Shown: positions 1-9,154, counted from the stretch's first letter. The stretch is DNA of 36,559 nt from a virus (IMGVR_UViG_2724679237_000007:1-36559), one strand, 5' to 3'. Notes: generated by a model not told the origin, from the letters alone. Translations and numbers: made by a program.

Positions 1-1170
1 TTGGCACTGAGTGACACTAAACTGCGTAGTCTCCATGGCAAGCCATATTCCGGCCCGGCGGAAATCACCGACGGTGACGGACTAAGCGCGCGGGTTACCC
101 CTACCGGCACTATCTCTTTTCAGTATCGTTACCGCTGGAACGGTAAGCCAGTGCGCCTTACCGTTGGGCGTTACCCATCAACAACCCTTAAAGAAGCCCG
201 TGTGGTCGTCGGTGAGATGCGCACATTGTACACGAAGGGGGTTAACCCAAAAAATTATTTTGCCCGTAGCGACGGCGAACTGACGTTAAAAGAATGTCTG
301 GAGCAGTGGTGGGACAAGTACGTCACTGACCTGAAACCCAATACGCAGACACTGTACAAATCGGTTGTGTACAACACCATGTACACACAGTTCGAGGACG
401 CGCCTGTAGCCAATATTCCTGTTTCGGCCTGGGTACGTTTTTTTGATAAGCAAGAAAGCCTCAATAAGAAAAAGGCGCGTGTGCTTCTCCTGCAGCTGCG
501 TTCCGTCGTTAACTGGTGTATAAGCCGCCAGCTAATCCCCTCATGTGAGCTGCTTAAACTCAGTGTAAAAAATGTTGGTAAAAAACCGGATGTTGGTAGC
601 CGGGTGCTTACTTACACTGAACTGGCAAAAGTATGGCTGGCGCTGGAAAACAATAAGATTGTTTCATCCAATAAAGTGCTGCACCAACTGCTGTTGCTAT
701 GGGGTGCCCGCTTGTCTGAATTGCGTCTTGCAACTGCCAGCGAGTTCAATATGGATGACCTTATATGGACCACTCCTGGGGACCATTCAAAAATGGGGAA
801 TGTTATTCGCCGGCCGGTATTCGACCAGGTTATGCCCTATGTTGAGAGGCTGCTGAATGTTGGTAACGATGTTCTTTTCCCCGGTCAGGAGATGGATAAA
901 GCGATCGACCGCTCATCGGCGAATCTGTACATGAAAAAGCTTAGGGAGAAGATTGATATACCTGAGTGGCGAACGCACGATTTCCGGCGCTCACTTGTAA
1001 CGAATTTATCTGCGGAGGGAGTAATGCCCCACGTCACCGAAAAGATGCTGGGGCATGAGCTGGGAGGGGTAATGGCGGTGTATAACAAACATGACTGGCT
1101 GCCGGAGCAGAAAGAGGCGTACGAGCTGTATGCTGATAAGATTTTTTGGCATGTCAAACAGCTTGATTAA
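1..1170 (+). CDS. int: Tyrosine recombinase, phage integrase (P4-like family)
   Basis: 389 aa ORF. N-terminus MALSDTKLRS...GDGLSARVTPTG matches the P4-type integrase arm-binding region; C-terminal HDFRRS...VYNKHDW carries His/Arg and Tyr catalytic residues. Begins at window position 1 with TTG, so the true start and att site may lie upstream. Confidence 0.85.
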   Translation: MALSDTKLRSLHGKPYSGPAEITDGDGLSARVTPTGTISFQYRYRWNGKPVRLTVGRYPSTTLKEARVVVGEMRTLYTKGVNPKNYFARSDGELTLKECLEQWWDKYVTDLKPNTQTLYKSVVYNTMYTQFEDAPVANIPVSAWVRFFDKQESLNKKKARVLLLQLRSVVNWCISRQLIPSCELLKLSVKNVGKKPDVGSRVLTYTELAKVWLALENNKIVSSNKVLHQLLLLWGARLSELRLATASEFNMDDLIWTTPGDHSKMGNVIRRPVFDQVMPYVERLLNVGNDVLFPGQEMDKAIDRSSANLYMKKLREKIDIPEWRTHDFRRSLVTNLSAEGVMPHVTEKMLGHELGGVMAVYNKHDWLPEQKEAYELYADKIFWHVKQLD

Positions 1171-1336
1171 CACCTCCAGCGCTAATCCACTTTTCAACTG
1201 CCTGACGGCTGTACCTTGATGGGTGAGTGAGTACCGGCTCCGGAAAGCCGTGTTTCTTACGAAGGTTATACAGTGCGGTTCGTTTTTTCTGAAGTAACTC
1301 AGAAATTTCTCTCTCAGTCATAAAGTCAGTAATCAT
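1154..1336 (-). CDS. AlpA/excisionase-family HTH protein (putative Xis or regulator)
   Basis: 60 aa from the internal ATG (cat at 1334-1336) with an upstream GAGAGG RBS. Sequence MITDFMTEREISELL...LYNLRKKHGFPEPV...VEKWI fits the AlpA/Xis pattern. Start overlaps the helicase stop (ATGA) and the 3' end overlaps int convergently by 17 bp. The rest of the 233 aa track ORF is an alternate frame of the helicase. Confidence 0.6.
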   Translation of the reverse strand: MITDFMTEREISELLQKKRTALYNLRKKHGFPEPVLTHPSRYSRQAVEKWISAGGVNQAV

Positions 1337-2733
1337 AGTATACCTCTCTTTTTCATTGCACCGAGCAGGATGTCCTGCACTGTTCGTTTTGAGTTGCGCC
1401 GTTCCATCACCATGTCGTCCATAGTGTCGGCAGCGATGATGTGGTGAATGAACACCGGGCGGTTGTGTCCGGCCTGGATCTGCCGGGTTGGCCCGATGCG
1501 TTCGATAATTTGTTGGTACTGCTCCAGATCCCACCAGTGCGAGAAAAACACCAGTATGTTGCCGCCGTCCTGCATGTTCAGACCGTGGCCTGCACTGGCA
1601 GGGTGCGCGAACAGCACCGGGATTTTTCCGGTGTTCCAGTCGCGCAGCGTCTGCGGATACTGGCCAAGGTGTCGACCACGCGGGAATGCTTTTAGCAGTC
1701 GTTCGAGGTCGTGCTTCCAGTGGTATGCAACAAGCACCGGCGCGCCAGCAGCTTCGGTCAGTATGCTGTCCAGCGCCTGCAGCTTCGCGTCGTGCAGTTC
1801 TGACCAGTTCCCGGCATCGTCGGTGTACACCGCGCCGCTGGCGATTTGCAGACACTTCGCCGTCTTTGCCGCGGCGTTCGGCGCTTCGATGCCCTCGCCG
1901 TTGAGTTCGAGGAACATTTCTTTTTCCATTTCGCGATACTGCTGGCGCGTCTTCGGTGGCATGTCTACGCGGATCACGTTATGGATTGGCTCCTTGATAT
2001 CGAACCAGTCGGCGGCGTCCAGTGAGATAGTGACGTCGGCCAGCGCCCGCTGTATCTCGTCCTGTGAGTGAGCGAACGGCTCCAGCTTCGTCCAGCTCTG
2101 CCCCGGAAACTGTATCGAGTTGAACCAGCGGGAAGTAAACGCGCCCCAGGTGCGACCCAATCGCTGCCCCTGATCGACAAACCACGCCTGCCCCCACAAA
2201 TCCACCAGGCCGTTTGGCGCTGGCGTGCCGGTGAGATTCACCCAGCGCCGGGCGTACTTATGCGCCACTTTGCCCAGTGCCGCTGCACGCTTGCCACCCC
2301 CGCGCAGCCGGAAGGATTTTAGCCGGGTGCTTTCGTCGGGGATAACGGTACCGAACGGCCAGCGGCCGCCCAGCTCTTCCACCAGCCAGACCAGATTGTC
2401 GTAGTTGATGGTGAACACGCTGGCGTTGCTGTTCGCCAGCGCCGCAGCACGTGCCTTAGCGTTACCGACAATCGGCTGCACCTCGATATTGCGCAGATGC
2501 CCCCACTTTACCGCTTCATCAGGCCATGTGCTGGCAGCCACGCGCAGCGGCGCGAGAACCAGCGCGGGCTGTGTCTCCGCTCCCGCCATGAAGAGGTCTT
2601 CCAGCGTGGTGAGCGTCGCCACGGTTTTACCCATGCCCATGCCCGCCCAGATGTTGCAGCGGTGAATGTCGATTTCGTGGTTGATGATGAGGTCCTGGTA
2701 AGGGCGGGGAATAAAGATTTTAGATGAGGTCAT
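1333..2733 (-). CDS. SNF2/DEAD-like phage helicase
   Basis: 466 aa with Walker A GMGMGKT near the N-terminus and helicase C-terminal region; start overlaps the methyltransferase stop by 14 nt. Confidence 0.8.
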   Translation of the reverse strand: MTSSKIFIPRPYQDLIINHEIDIHRCNIWAGMGMGKTVATLTTLEDLFMAGAETQPALVLAPLRVAASTWPDEAVKWGHLRNIEVQPIVGNAKARAAALANSNASVFTINYDNLVWLVEELGGRWPFGTVIPDESTRLKSFRLRGGGKRAAALGKVAHKYARRWVNLTGTPAPNGLVDLWGQAWFVDQGQRLGRTWGAFTSRWFNSIQFPGQSWTKLEPFAHSQDEIQRALADVTISLDAADWFDIKEPIHNVIRVDMPPKTRQQYREMEKEMFLELNGEGIEAPNAAAKTAKCLQIASGAVYTDDAGNWSELHDAKLQALDSILTEAAGAPVLVAYHWKHDLERLLKAFPRGRHLGQYPQTLRDWNTGKIPVLFAHPASAGHGLNMQDGGNILVFFSHWWDLEQYQQIIERIGPTRQIQAGHNRPVFIHHIIAADTMDDMVMERRNSKRTVQDILLGAMKKRGIL

Positions 2734-3769
2734 ATCCTGCGCATTCCATAAACGAGCGGATGAATGTAGCGGCAGCTGGCGCGACTATCGCGTTGCCGTA
2801 GGCGCGCAGTCGTCCCACTCTGCTGGTAATCCCATGAGCCAGCGGGAATGTGCCGGGTTCAACTGGCCGCCAGCGACCATCCCGGCAGAGGAGCCAGTCA
2901 GCATCATCCCAGCTGCCGCTAATCGTATTGGGCCACAGATTCTCGCTGCGCCGCCGAGAGTCGTTCCCCGTTCGGTATGATTGGCTGCGGCTCCCTCTCC
3001 CCGAACCCGGTTGTTGTCGATCGTCGTCACCGTCGGCCATCCACTCAGGCAGGCATAATCCTGTAAGTTCGGTTGTCGGCCCGCTAAGGTTTCCAGACCG
3101 CGCTTTGTCTCCGGCTGTGGATTGGTGTTGCAGGTTGGCGTGTACCATCCCGCCAGGTGGGCAAAGTCCCTCAGGGAGCTGTGCAAGGGGTTGCCGGATG
3201 GTCGACGATCTCCAGACATTTTCCTCAATGCTATTGAGGCGCTTCCGCCACCACTGTGATCGGTCGCCGCTGGAGTCGGCCACCCAATAAGCTCTGTCTC
3301 GGATATGCGGGGCACCGACGCCCGCAGCCGGAAACGGGACAAGCCCAAAGGCGTAGTCCACTGCTTCCACGTCAGTTTGTACAAGATCGAACCAGGCATT
3401 GACTCCCGCAACCTGTTCGCCAAATACCAGCTCAGGGCGTCGCTCGCTGATGAGGTGGAAGAAGGCTGGCCAAAGGTGCCGCTCGTCAGCAAACCCATTT
3501 CCTTTGCCTGCCGCGCTGAAAGGCTGGCAGGGGCAGGAGCCTGTCCAGACCGGGCGAGCGTCGGGCCATCCTGCCAGACGCAGGGCGTAAGACCAGACGC
3601 CGATCCCGGCGAAGAAATGGCACTGTGTAAAGCCTCGCAAGTCGTCTGGTGCGACATCCTCGATACTCCTCTCGTCAACTTCACCAGGGGCGATATGTCC
3701 CGCGGCAATAAGGTTACGCAGCCATTGCGCTGCGTTCGGGTCTATTTCGTTGTACCAGGCTCCCCGCAC
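2720..3769 (-). CDS. DNA (cytosine-5)-methyltransferase
   Basis: 349 aa with FAGIGV (motif I, FxGxG) and PCQPFSAAG (motif IV, catalytic Cys). No cognate restriction endonuclease is visible nearby. Confidence 0.8.
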   Translation of the reverse strand: MRGAWYNEIDPNAAQWLRNLIAAGHIAPGEVDERSIEDVAPDDLRGFTQCHFFAGIGVWSYALRLAGWPDARPVWTGSCPCQPFSAAGKGNGFADERHLWPAFFHLISERRPELVFGEQVAGVNAWFDLVQTDVEAVDYAFGLVPFPAAGVGAPHIRDRAYWVADSSGDRSQWWRKRLNSIEENVWRSSTIRQPLAQLPEGLCPPGGMVHANLQHQSTAGDKARSGNLSGPTTELTGLCLPEWMADGDDDRQQPGSGRGSRSQSYRTGNDSRRRSENLWPNTISGSWDDADWLLCRDGRWRPVEPGTFPLAHGITSRVGRLRAYGNAIVAPAAATFIRSFMECAGYDLI

Positions 3770-4050
3770 AATATTCCCTCCATATTTTTGCTATCCAGCA
3801 CCACCACGGTAAAGCCCAGCGCTCGCAGCCGTTCGTGCTCGCGCAGCTGGTCGGCGCGTGCGGGTTTGCCGGGGGCTTTACATTCGACAAAAACGATACG
3901 ACCACCAGGTAGCAGCACGATGCGATCGGGAACTGAACGGCGGCCAGGCGACACGAACTTTAAGGCAACCCCGCCAGCCTTTTTCACCTCGGCGACGAGG
4001 TACTTTTCGATTAGGCTTTCACGTTCGTAGGTCATCACCAGATGCCCCAC
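3742..4050 (-). CDS. VRR-NUC domain nuclease
   Basis: 102 aa; PDRIVLLPGGRIVFVECKAPGK matches the VRR-NUC (PD-(D/E)xK) core; co-directional with helicase and methyltransferase. Confidence 0.75.
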   Translation of the reverse strand: MGHLVMTYERESLIEKYLVAEVKKAGGVALKFVSPGRRSVPDRIVLLPGGRIVFVECKAPGKPARADQLREHERLRALGFTVVVLDSKNMEGILCGEPGTTK

Positions 4051-4123
4051 GATGTTTCAGCGAGTATCTGGCAAATCGCAATTAACACGATGGTGATAAC
4101 GATGACTTTCACAGGAGGTAAGC

Positions 4124-4339
4124 TCATTCTTTAACCGCCTTACGCTTGTCGCGCATGTTCTGCATCAGGCAGAAGTCATTCCGCCGTTCGCTCCAGTCCT
4201 GGTTAAGTTCGTTGCGTGATTCGCGGTTGGCTTTCGCCCAGACCTTCGCCGCCCGGTCGTATTCGCCGGATTGTTCAAGGCGCATAGCTTCCTGCGCGGA
4301 ACGGTAATACAGCGGGTTATCCCGGTATTTAAATGCCAT
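4124..4339 (-). CDS. Small regulator-like protein (ANR-family-like, hypothetical)
   Basis: 71 aa ORF, tightly packed after the upstream gene (stop 4346, start 4339). A decayed paralog lies at 4617..4754. Confidence 0.5.
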   Translation of the reverse strand: MAFKYRDNPLYYRSAQEAMRLEQSGEYDRAAKVWAKANRESRNELNQDWSERRNDFCLMQNMRDKRKAVKE

Positions 4340-4345
4340 AGTGAT

Positions 4346-4570
4346 TTACCTTTTTTCGCTCCAGCCTCGCCAGGCGGAGCCGATGCCGTTCTGACCGGGT
4401 GCATGCCCGATGTGCCAGCCGTGGCAAAACGGGCATCTGTAATTGTGGATATGCCCCTGATGGCCTTTTTTGCGATGAAGTATGCGTATCGCGGCTACGG
4501 CCTCCTCCGCGCTGGCGTAGCGGATTTTGGCTCCGCATTGCTTACGCCGCAGGTTTCGTTTGCTTGACAT
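4346..4570 (-). CDS. Small Cys/His-rich (zinc-binding?) hypothetical protein
   Basis: 74 aa; ATG at 4568-4570 with AAGGGAG RBS; C...CPFCHGWH motif. Confidence 0.5.
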   Translation of the reverse strand: MSSKRNLRRKQCGAKIRYASAEEAVAAIRILHRKKGHQGHIHNYRCPFCHGWHIGHAPGQNGIGSAWRGWSEKR

Positions 4571-4616
4571 GTGATTAACTCCCTTCGGGGCTAAGCGAAC
4601 GGATGCTATCCGGATT

Positions 4617-4754
4617 TAATCGGCGTTGCGTGATTCCCGGTTGGCTTTGGCCCATACCTTTGCCGCCCGGTCATACTCGCCAGCCTGCTCAAGGCCGCAT
4701 AGCCTCCCGCGCAGACCGGAAATACAACGGATTGTCGTGTTTTTCGAATGACAT
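4617..4754 (-). pseudogene. Frameshifted, truncated paralog of the 4124..4339 gene
   Basis: About 75% nucleotide identity to 4205..4340 by eye. Reads MSFEKHDNPLYFRSAREAMRP then stop; a single extra C (aaggccgcatag versus aaggcgcatag) breaks the frame, and the C-terminal third is missing. Confidence 0.55.
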
Positions 4755-4771
4755 AGGGGATTACCTCAAAT

Positions 4772-4806
4772 AAAAAACCCCGCGGTTGCAGGGTTTTTAT
4801 TTTTTA
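4772..4806. terminator. Bidirectional rho-independent terminator
   Basis: AAAAAACCC-cgcggttgca-GGGTTTTTATTTTTT: GC stem flanked by an A-run and a T-run, so it can terminate on either strand; lies 16 bp downstream of the TIR-like gene stop. Confidence 0.65.
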
Positions 4807-4821
4807 AGGAAAAATGATTGA

Positions 4822-5583
4822 TTAAGAGGAAGCGTTAGCTATTTGAGCTTGTGTAAATTCAAAACCTGAATGCTGTAACCGTTGCACCAGTCGAGGAACA
4901 GTTTCTCGTACATGGTCGTTGAAGTTCAGATATAAAATTCCGTTAGCATCAGAAGGTTGTTCTAAATGTTGTTTCTGCAAAATAGCTACGTTACTGCGCC
5001 CTAAGGACGAAAGAAGCATACCCATCTCGAGCACAACATTCTGTCTTGCACGAGGCTGGATTTCAGCTTCACCGGCGCGCTTTGAGTACCCCATATCGTC
5101 AGGTGTGAGAAGCACAATCCCGAATCGGGTAGCTGTTTGCCCCTGACCGATTTCACGTTCCAGCTCTTCAATAATTGTGAGCCCAGTCCCGCCAGTATTC
5201 TGCAAAATGAAATGGTCTGGCAACCCGAGTTTATGGAGTATTAGCTCAAGTTGTTCCTTTGCCGCATGATCATGGCCGTGAACAATGAAAATCTTTTTTG
5301 GAATCTCAGCAGGTTGTTCAACAGATTGAGGTGCCGCTGCGGGTGGCGTTCCTAAATGGGCCATTATTGCAGATTCAACATTGGGGCGTTCTTGAGGGTT
5401 ACCCTGAAGCTGAATAGTACGGGTAGCGTAAAGGTTAACAATTACACCATTCGCTAAACGATAGCAGTCACAAGCCCCACGCTGTTCATGGTCAAAATTG
5501 GTGAACCCGCACTCCCTTAAAAAGTCAGGAAATGATTCTCTTGGGTGTGGATAGGTGATCGGCATTTCAGTTAGTTCCTGCAT
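4822..5583 (-). CDS. TIR-like (Rossmann, nucleotide-binding) domain protein with an uncharacterised N-terminal domain; candidate defense effector
   Basis: 253 aa. C-terminal half KKIFIVHGHDHAAKEQLELILHKLGL...GIVLLTPDDMGY...ARQNVVLEMGMLL matches the prokaryotic TIR-like / SLOG-type pattern (vFIvHGhd...LTPDD). N-terminal ~80 aa has no family I recognise, followed by a Pro/Ala linker. Clearly lower GC than flanking genes. Confidence 0.6.
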   Translation of the reverse strand: MQELTEMPITYPHPRESFPDFLRECGFTNFDHEQRGACDCYRLANGVIVNLYATRTIQLQGNPQERPNVESAIMAHLGTPPAAAPQSVEQPAEIPKKIFIVHGHDHAAKEQLELILHKLGLPDHFILQNTGGTGLTIIEELEREIGQGQTATRFGIVLLTPDDMGYSKRAGEAEIQPRARQNVVLEMGMLLSSLGRSNVAILQKQHLEQPSDANGILYLNFNDHVRETVPRLVQRLQHSGFEFTQAQIANASS

Positions 5584-5647
5584 TAATATTGTTCCTTTAA
5601 TTTACTCGAATTCAGCATATCGACATAGCTCTATAAAGTGAGCTATA

Positions 5648-7711
5648 TCAATCTTTTCTGTAGTGGTACGCCTCGAAGCCGCCAGCGTTCAGCGGGATGT
5701 CGGGCGCCCATTCGGGGTTTGTGGAGAGCAGCGCGGAAAGCGCCGTATCGTTGAAATCGTCGGTGTCCGGCGCTTCGGTGATCACCTCATCGTGTACCGT
5801 CAGCACAATGCTGTAACCGGCATCCTCGATCAGCGGCATGTTCCCGGCCAGAACGTCGCGGGCGGCCGCCTGGGTGACGTTTTCCGCGAGCTTGCCGGAG
5901 TAGGTTTTAAGCCGTTGCCATTTGCGCGAGTAGGAATTAACGCCCCGGTAGGTGATGTCGCCGTCCTCGATCGTCGGTGACGGATAACAGACCGCGCGCC
6001 CGGACGGCAACTGGATGCGCAGCCAGGCACCATCGCGCCGGACTTTCAGATAACCACAACACAGGGTTCTTTTCGGGGTTGCAATGGCGGCGCGAACGGT
6101 GCGCTCAATCTCGTGCCAGAAATCGCAGGTAGCTGGGTGCGCCCGGCGCCACAGGCGCTTTAGCGAGTCACAAGCGATAAATACGCGCTCCGACAGTCCG
6201 TAGGTTACTTTGCGTTTGACCGATTCGTCATACCAGCTTTTCGCCTCGTGGATCACCTCACGGGGGATATTCGGCAGCGCGGCGTTCGCCAGTTCGTTGA
6301 GGTCGAGGCCGTAAACAAGGGCGAAGGTCAGGAATGCCGCGACGCCTCCGCCATATCCTAACCCGAGTTCCATTACTTTGCCGATCTGACGCTGGTATTT
6401 ATCAACATCGTCCGGCGAGATATTGAAGGCACGGGCATAGGCCAGTTTATACAAGTCCGGGCCGGTGCCCTCGTCGTACTCACGGAACGCGTCCAGCTTC
6501 CACTGTTCACCCGCCAGCCACGCCAGCATTCGCCCTTCGATATTTGACAGATCGCTAACCACCAGCTTTTTGCTTTCCGGCGCCATGATGCAGCCGCGTA
6601 ACGCTGAACTGGTCAGTTCCATGATGTTATTGAACAACAGATCGGCACATCCGGCTTTCAGGGCGTCGATACCGAAGTCTATTTGCTCCTGCGGCAGCGT
6701 TGGCCGACTGAGGTTTTGCGGCTGAAACAGCCGGCCCGCCCAGCGCCCTGTTCGTGATGCCCCGCAAAATTGCAGCGTACCGCGCAGGCGCCCGTCGTGG
6801 CTGACGCCTTTTATCAGCGTTTTGTATTTGCTGGTGCTGGTCATACTGGCCTGTAATCGGATCGCCAGCAGTTCTTTGACCGCCGGGGGTAAGTCCGGGT
6901 CGGCAATGCGGCGTTCGAGCGTCGATTTCTGCATGTCCGGCAATATCACGCCGTAGGATTCGACGATGTGTTTTAGCATGGCGTCGCGCTGTGTGGCCGC
7001 CTGGACTTCGCCGCCGGTCATTGCCTGCGTGCGTTTTGCCAGGCGCTTTTGCTCCTGGTCTACCGCTTCGACGGCCGCGTGCGCGAGCTGCACATCCATG
7101 CAGGCGCCACGGTCGTTAATCCGCTGGTCGCGGTGCCAGTGCGCCAGCTCGGCTCCCTGATAGTTCCACTTTGGCAGGCGCTTATGCACTTCGCGCATGG
7201 CCTCGATATCCAGCCCGGCGTATGCAACGAACCGCCGCCACTCTTCCGGGTGCGTTTTGCTGGTGGCCCGGCGCAGTTTGCTGTTTTTCGGTCGAGGCTT
7301 GCAGAACAGCTGGATTAGCGCCGTACCCCCTTTATCCTTCGCTTTGTCCTGCGGAACGCCCAGCACTTCACACAACGCGCCTAATGCGCCGGGGAGTCCG
7401 TGCGCCAGCGCCTGCACCATAGTATCGCGCCAGCGGGTGATATCGGGTGCCAGTTCCGGCATTGCATGGCGCAGCACCGTGCGGTCGAAATGTGAATTGT
7501 GCGCCCATACTTCTACCTCCGGTTTTTTGAGCGCGAGACGCAACTCCAGAGGTATTTTTTGGGTTTCGGTTAAGTCCCACACTTGTACGGGGGCGTCGTC
7601 GAGCGCCCAGGCGAACAGCATAACCTCGGCACCCTCTGAATACGCATGGGTCCCGTTTTTTATCGGCACTTCGGAGAAAGTTTCGAGGTCGAGATAAAGG
7701 CGTTTAGACAT
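5648..7711 (-). CDS. Family A DNA polymerase with 3'-5' exonuclease (T7 gp5-like)
   Basis: YLDLETFS (Exo I), [14 protein letters not shown] (motif A), [16 protein letters not shown] (motif B), VLTVHDEV (motif C). ATG at 7709-7711 has a GAGGTGG RBS; the track ORF starts at an upstream GTG (7726). Confidence 0.85.
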   Translation of the reverse strand: MSKRLYLDLETFSEVPIKNGTHAYSEGAEVMLFAWALDDAPVQVWDLTETQKIPLELRLALKKPEVEVWAHNSHFDRTVLRHAMPELAPDITRWRDTMVQALAHGLPGALGALCEVLGVPQDKAKDKGGTALIQLFCKPRPKNSKLRRATSKTHPEEWRRFVAYAGLDIEAMREVHKRLPKWNYQGAELAHWHRDQRINDRGACMDVQLAHAAVEAVDQEQKRLAKRTQAMTGGEVQAATQRDAMLKHIVESYGVILPDMQKSTLERRIADPDLPPAVKELLAIRLQASMTSTSKYKTLIKGVSHDGRLRGTLQFCGASRTGRWAGRLFQPQNLSRPTLPQEQIDFGIDALKAGCADLLFNNIMELTSSALRGCIMAPESKKLVVSDLSNIEGRMLAWLAGEQWKLDAFREYDEGTGPDLYKLAYARAFNISPDDVDKYQRQIGKVMELGLGYGGGVAAFLTFALVYGLDLNELANAALPNIPREVIHEAKSWYDESVKRKVTYGLSERVFIACDSLKRLWRRAHPATCDFWHEIERTVRAAIATPKRTLCCGYLKVRRDGAWLRIQLPSGRAVCYPSPTIEDGDITYRGVNSYSRKWQRLKTYSGKLAENVTQAAARDVLAGNMPLIEDAGYSIVLTVHDEVITEAPDTDDFNDTALSALLSTNPEWAPDIPLNAGGFEAYHYRKD

Positions 7712-8201
7712 GGGGCCACCTCGCACCGGAAATAATCATACCCACCGCACGTCGTGATATTCCGTACCTACGACCAAGTTCAGTTTGTGAGACTGAATCG
7801 CCCAGCGTTTTTATCTCCCGAGCGATGGCCTCTGTAATTTTTGCCATTCCATTCTTTTCACCTCTATTATCGGGAAAAGTCAGGCGACCATTGCGAGCGA
7901 CTCGCTTCATATTTTCCTGACGGTCAACCCATTCAAGATTGCCGACGGTATTGTTTCTCTTGTCGCCATCGAGATGGTCAACTTCTGGTTTATTTTTGGC
8001 CGTCGGAAGAAAAGCAGTTGCGACTAGTCGATGTACAAATATGTTGCGAGAGATGCCGTTATCGCATAGCTTCGCATGCAGATACCCGTCTCTGTGTTTT
8101 GACGGTTTGAGAATGTGGTGGTGGATATTTCTAACTCTTCCCAAATTGCTGACCTCGTAACGGTCTTCAAATCCGGGTGCAGGTTTCCAAATTTCGGGCA
8201 T
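7704..8201 (-). CDS. HNH homing-type endonuclease (NUMOD4/HNH_3-like)
   Basis: [15 protein letters not shown]-terminal motif and [14 protein letters not shown] core. Start chosen at ATG 8199-8201 (GAGGA RBS, 6 nt spacing) rather than the track start at 8246. Confidence 0.8.
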   Translation of the reverse strand: MPEIWKPAPGFEDRYEVSNLGRVRNIHHHILKPSKHRDGYLHAKLCDNGISRNIFVHRLVATAFLPTAKNKPEVDHLDGDKRNNTVGNLEWVDRQENMKRVARNGRLTFPDNRGEKNGMAKITEAIAREIKTLGDSVSQTELGRRYGISRRAVGMIISGARWPHV

Positions 8202-8392
8202 AAATAGTCCTCGCGGGTGCTTTGCGAAAAGGGATGCTCTTTGCAAAACACCCGGCGCGTGGCCGGGTGGGTGGGTGTTTACGCTGTGGCTTCTTCGTCA
8301 GAAGGGAGGCCGATCATCTCGTTGAGCGTTTCGCGGCGTATCGCGGGCGGCAGCGGGCGGGCATAGCACCGTGAGGGACGCGCTTTCCGGGA

Positions 8393-8425
8393 ATAAAAAA
8401 GCCCGGCAGTGGAGTCTGACCGGGC
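8393..8425 (-). terminator. Rho-independent terminator (minus strand)
   Basis: Minus strand reads GCCCGGTCAG-actcca-CTGCCGGGC followed by TTTTTTATTC; about 9 bp stem. Confidence 0.6.
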
Positions 8426-8451
8426 AACAACTACACACAGCAATGGATTAT

Positions 8452-8547
8452 TCAGGGGGATGCGGTTAAAGCCGCGAGGTATTCCTCGAAACTTAAGGCT
8501 TCTTCGCCTTCATCCAGGCTATCGAAGTACGCTTCGTAATCATCCAT
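8452..8547 (-). CDS. Candidate 31-aa acidic micro-protein
   Basis: MDDYEAYFDSLDEGEEALSFEEYLAALTASP; GAGGAA RBS 5 nt upstream of the ATG; the terminator at 8393..8425 follows. Below the 60 aa track cutoff. Speculative. Confidence 0.3.
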   Translation of the reverse strand: MDDYEAYFDSLDEGEEALSFEEYLAALTASP

Positions 8548-8605
8548 CGTCTTTCCTCATTCAGTTCACTTTGGCGGTGCGATGGCCGGTGCTGATCCCC
8601 GGTAT

Positions 8606-8671
8606 GGCGTTCTGCGGGATTCGAACCCGCGTTTTCCGTCGGATCGTCCTGGGTCGCTAGACGAAGAACGC
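8606..8671 (-). ncRNA. tRNA-Glu-like element lacking a canonical anticodon arm (degenerate tRNA or tRNA-like RNA)
   Basis: Minus strand: GCGTTCT-TCGTCTAGCGACCCAGGAC-GATCCGACGGAAAAC-GCGGGTTCGAATCCCGC-AGAACGC-C. Perfect T-arm (GCGGG/TTCGAAT/CCCGC), 7-bp acceptor pairing, and a D-arm near-identical to E. coli tRNA-Glu (TTCGTCTAGAGGCCCAGGAC), but only ~15 nt where the 17-nt anticodon stem-loop plus variable loop should be. Confidence 0.45.
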
Positions 8672-9070
8672 CCGGCTACATGCATTTAGCCGCGCATCAG
8701 CCTGCGCATTCACCGCACCCCAAAGGGAACTTCGCCACACTTTCGCAGTGGCCGCGCTCATGCCCTTGAGTCGTCTGTCGCTCAGTCGCCGCTAATAACC
8801 GGTGCTCGTCTGGCTTGCGAACTGCTTTACCGGCACACCATCTTCATCGTTAACCCTCACCAGCGTGCGCTGCGGTTCGTACCCGCATCTGGCTACCCTC
8901 GTCGGGTATTCGGGGCAGCATTACAATTGCTGCACTGCCTTTCGGCTGCGGTCTGACCGCTTTACTTGTGCATGGTGGTTTCCTCCTTTGGTTGATTTTT
9001 TACTGACCCGTATTGCCGGCATCCTGCCTCGCCACGGTCCCGACGCATGGTTTTAAGTCGCGCCGTTCGA

Positions 9071-9110
9071 CTTGAATTCTAAATTGATTTTTGAATTCAA
9101 AAATGAATTT
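9071..9110. promoter_or_regulatory. Operator-like palindromic repeats (TTGAATTC / GAATTCAA), putative leftward promoter region
   Basis: cTTGAATTCtaaattgatttTTGAATTCAAaaatGAATTt; same half-site family as the cI-cro intergenic palindrome. Confidence 0.4.
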
Positions 9111-9154
9111 ATAGAAGCGGTAACACCTTGTCAATCCAAAAGTGAATTATTTTT

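Noticed and set aside
1337-1855. N-terminal 173 aa of the 233-aa track ORF 1154..1855
   Set aside because: This part overlaps the helicase C-terminus in another frame and is Arg/Pro-rich; only the C-terminal 60 aa (from ATG 1336, with RBS) looks like a real AlpA/Xis-like protein.
3305-4030. 241-aa plus-strand ORF
   Set aside because: Antisense to the methyltransferase and VRR-NUC genes; low-complexity Arg/Ser/Pro-rich translation; no RBS context.
8606-8671. Calling an intact tRNA-Glu gene, or a tmRNA 3' domain
   Set aside because: The anticodon stem-loop is missing (about 15 nt where about 24 are needed) and the 3' end lacks CCA; no tmRNA-like 5' partner or tag reading frame was found within about 400 nt upstream.
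8409-9056. Two plus-strand ORFs (83 and 84 aa) in the ORF-poor region
   Set aside because: Arg-rich, no RBS, no domain resemblance, and they run against the local leftward transcription implied by the terminators.
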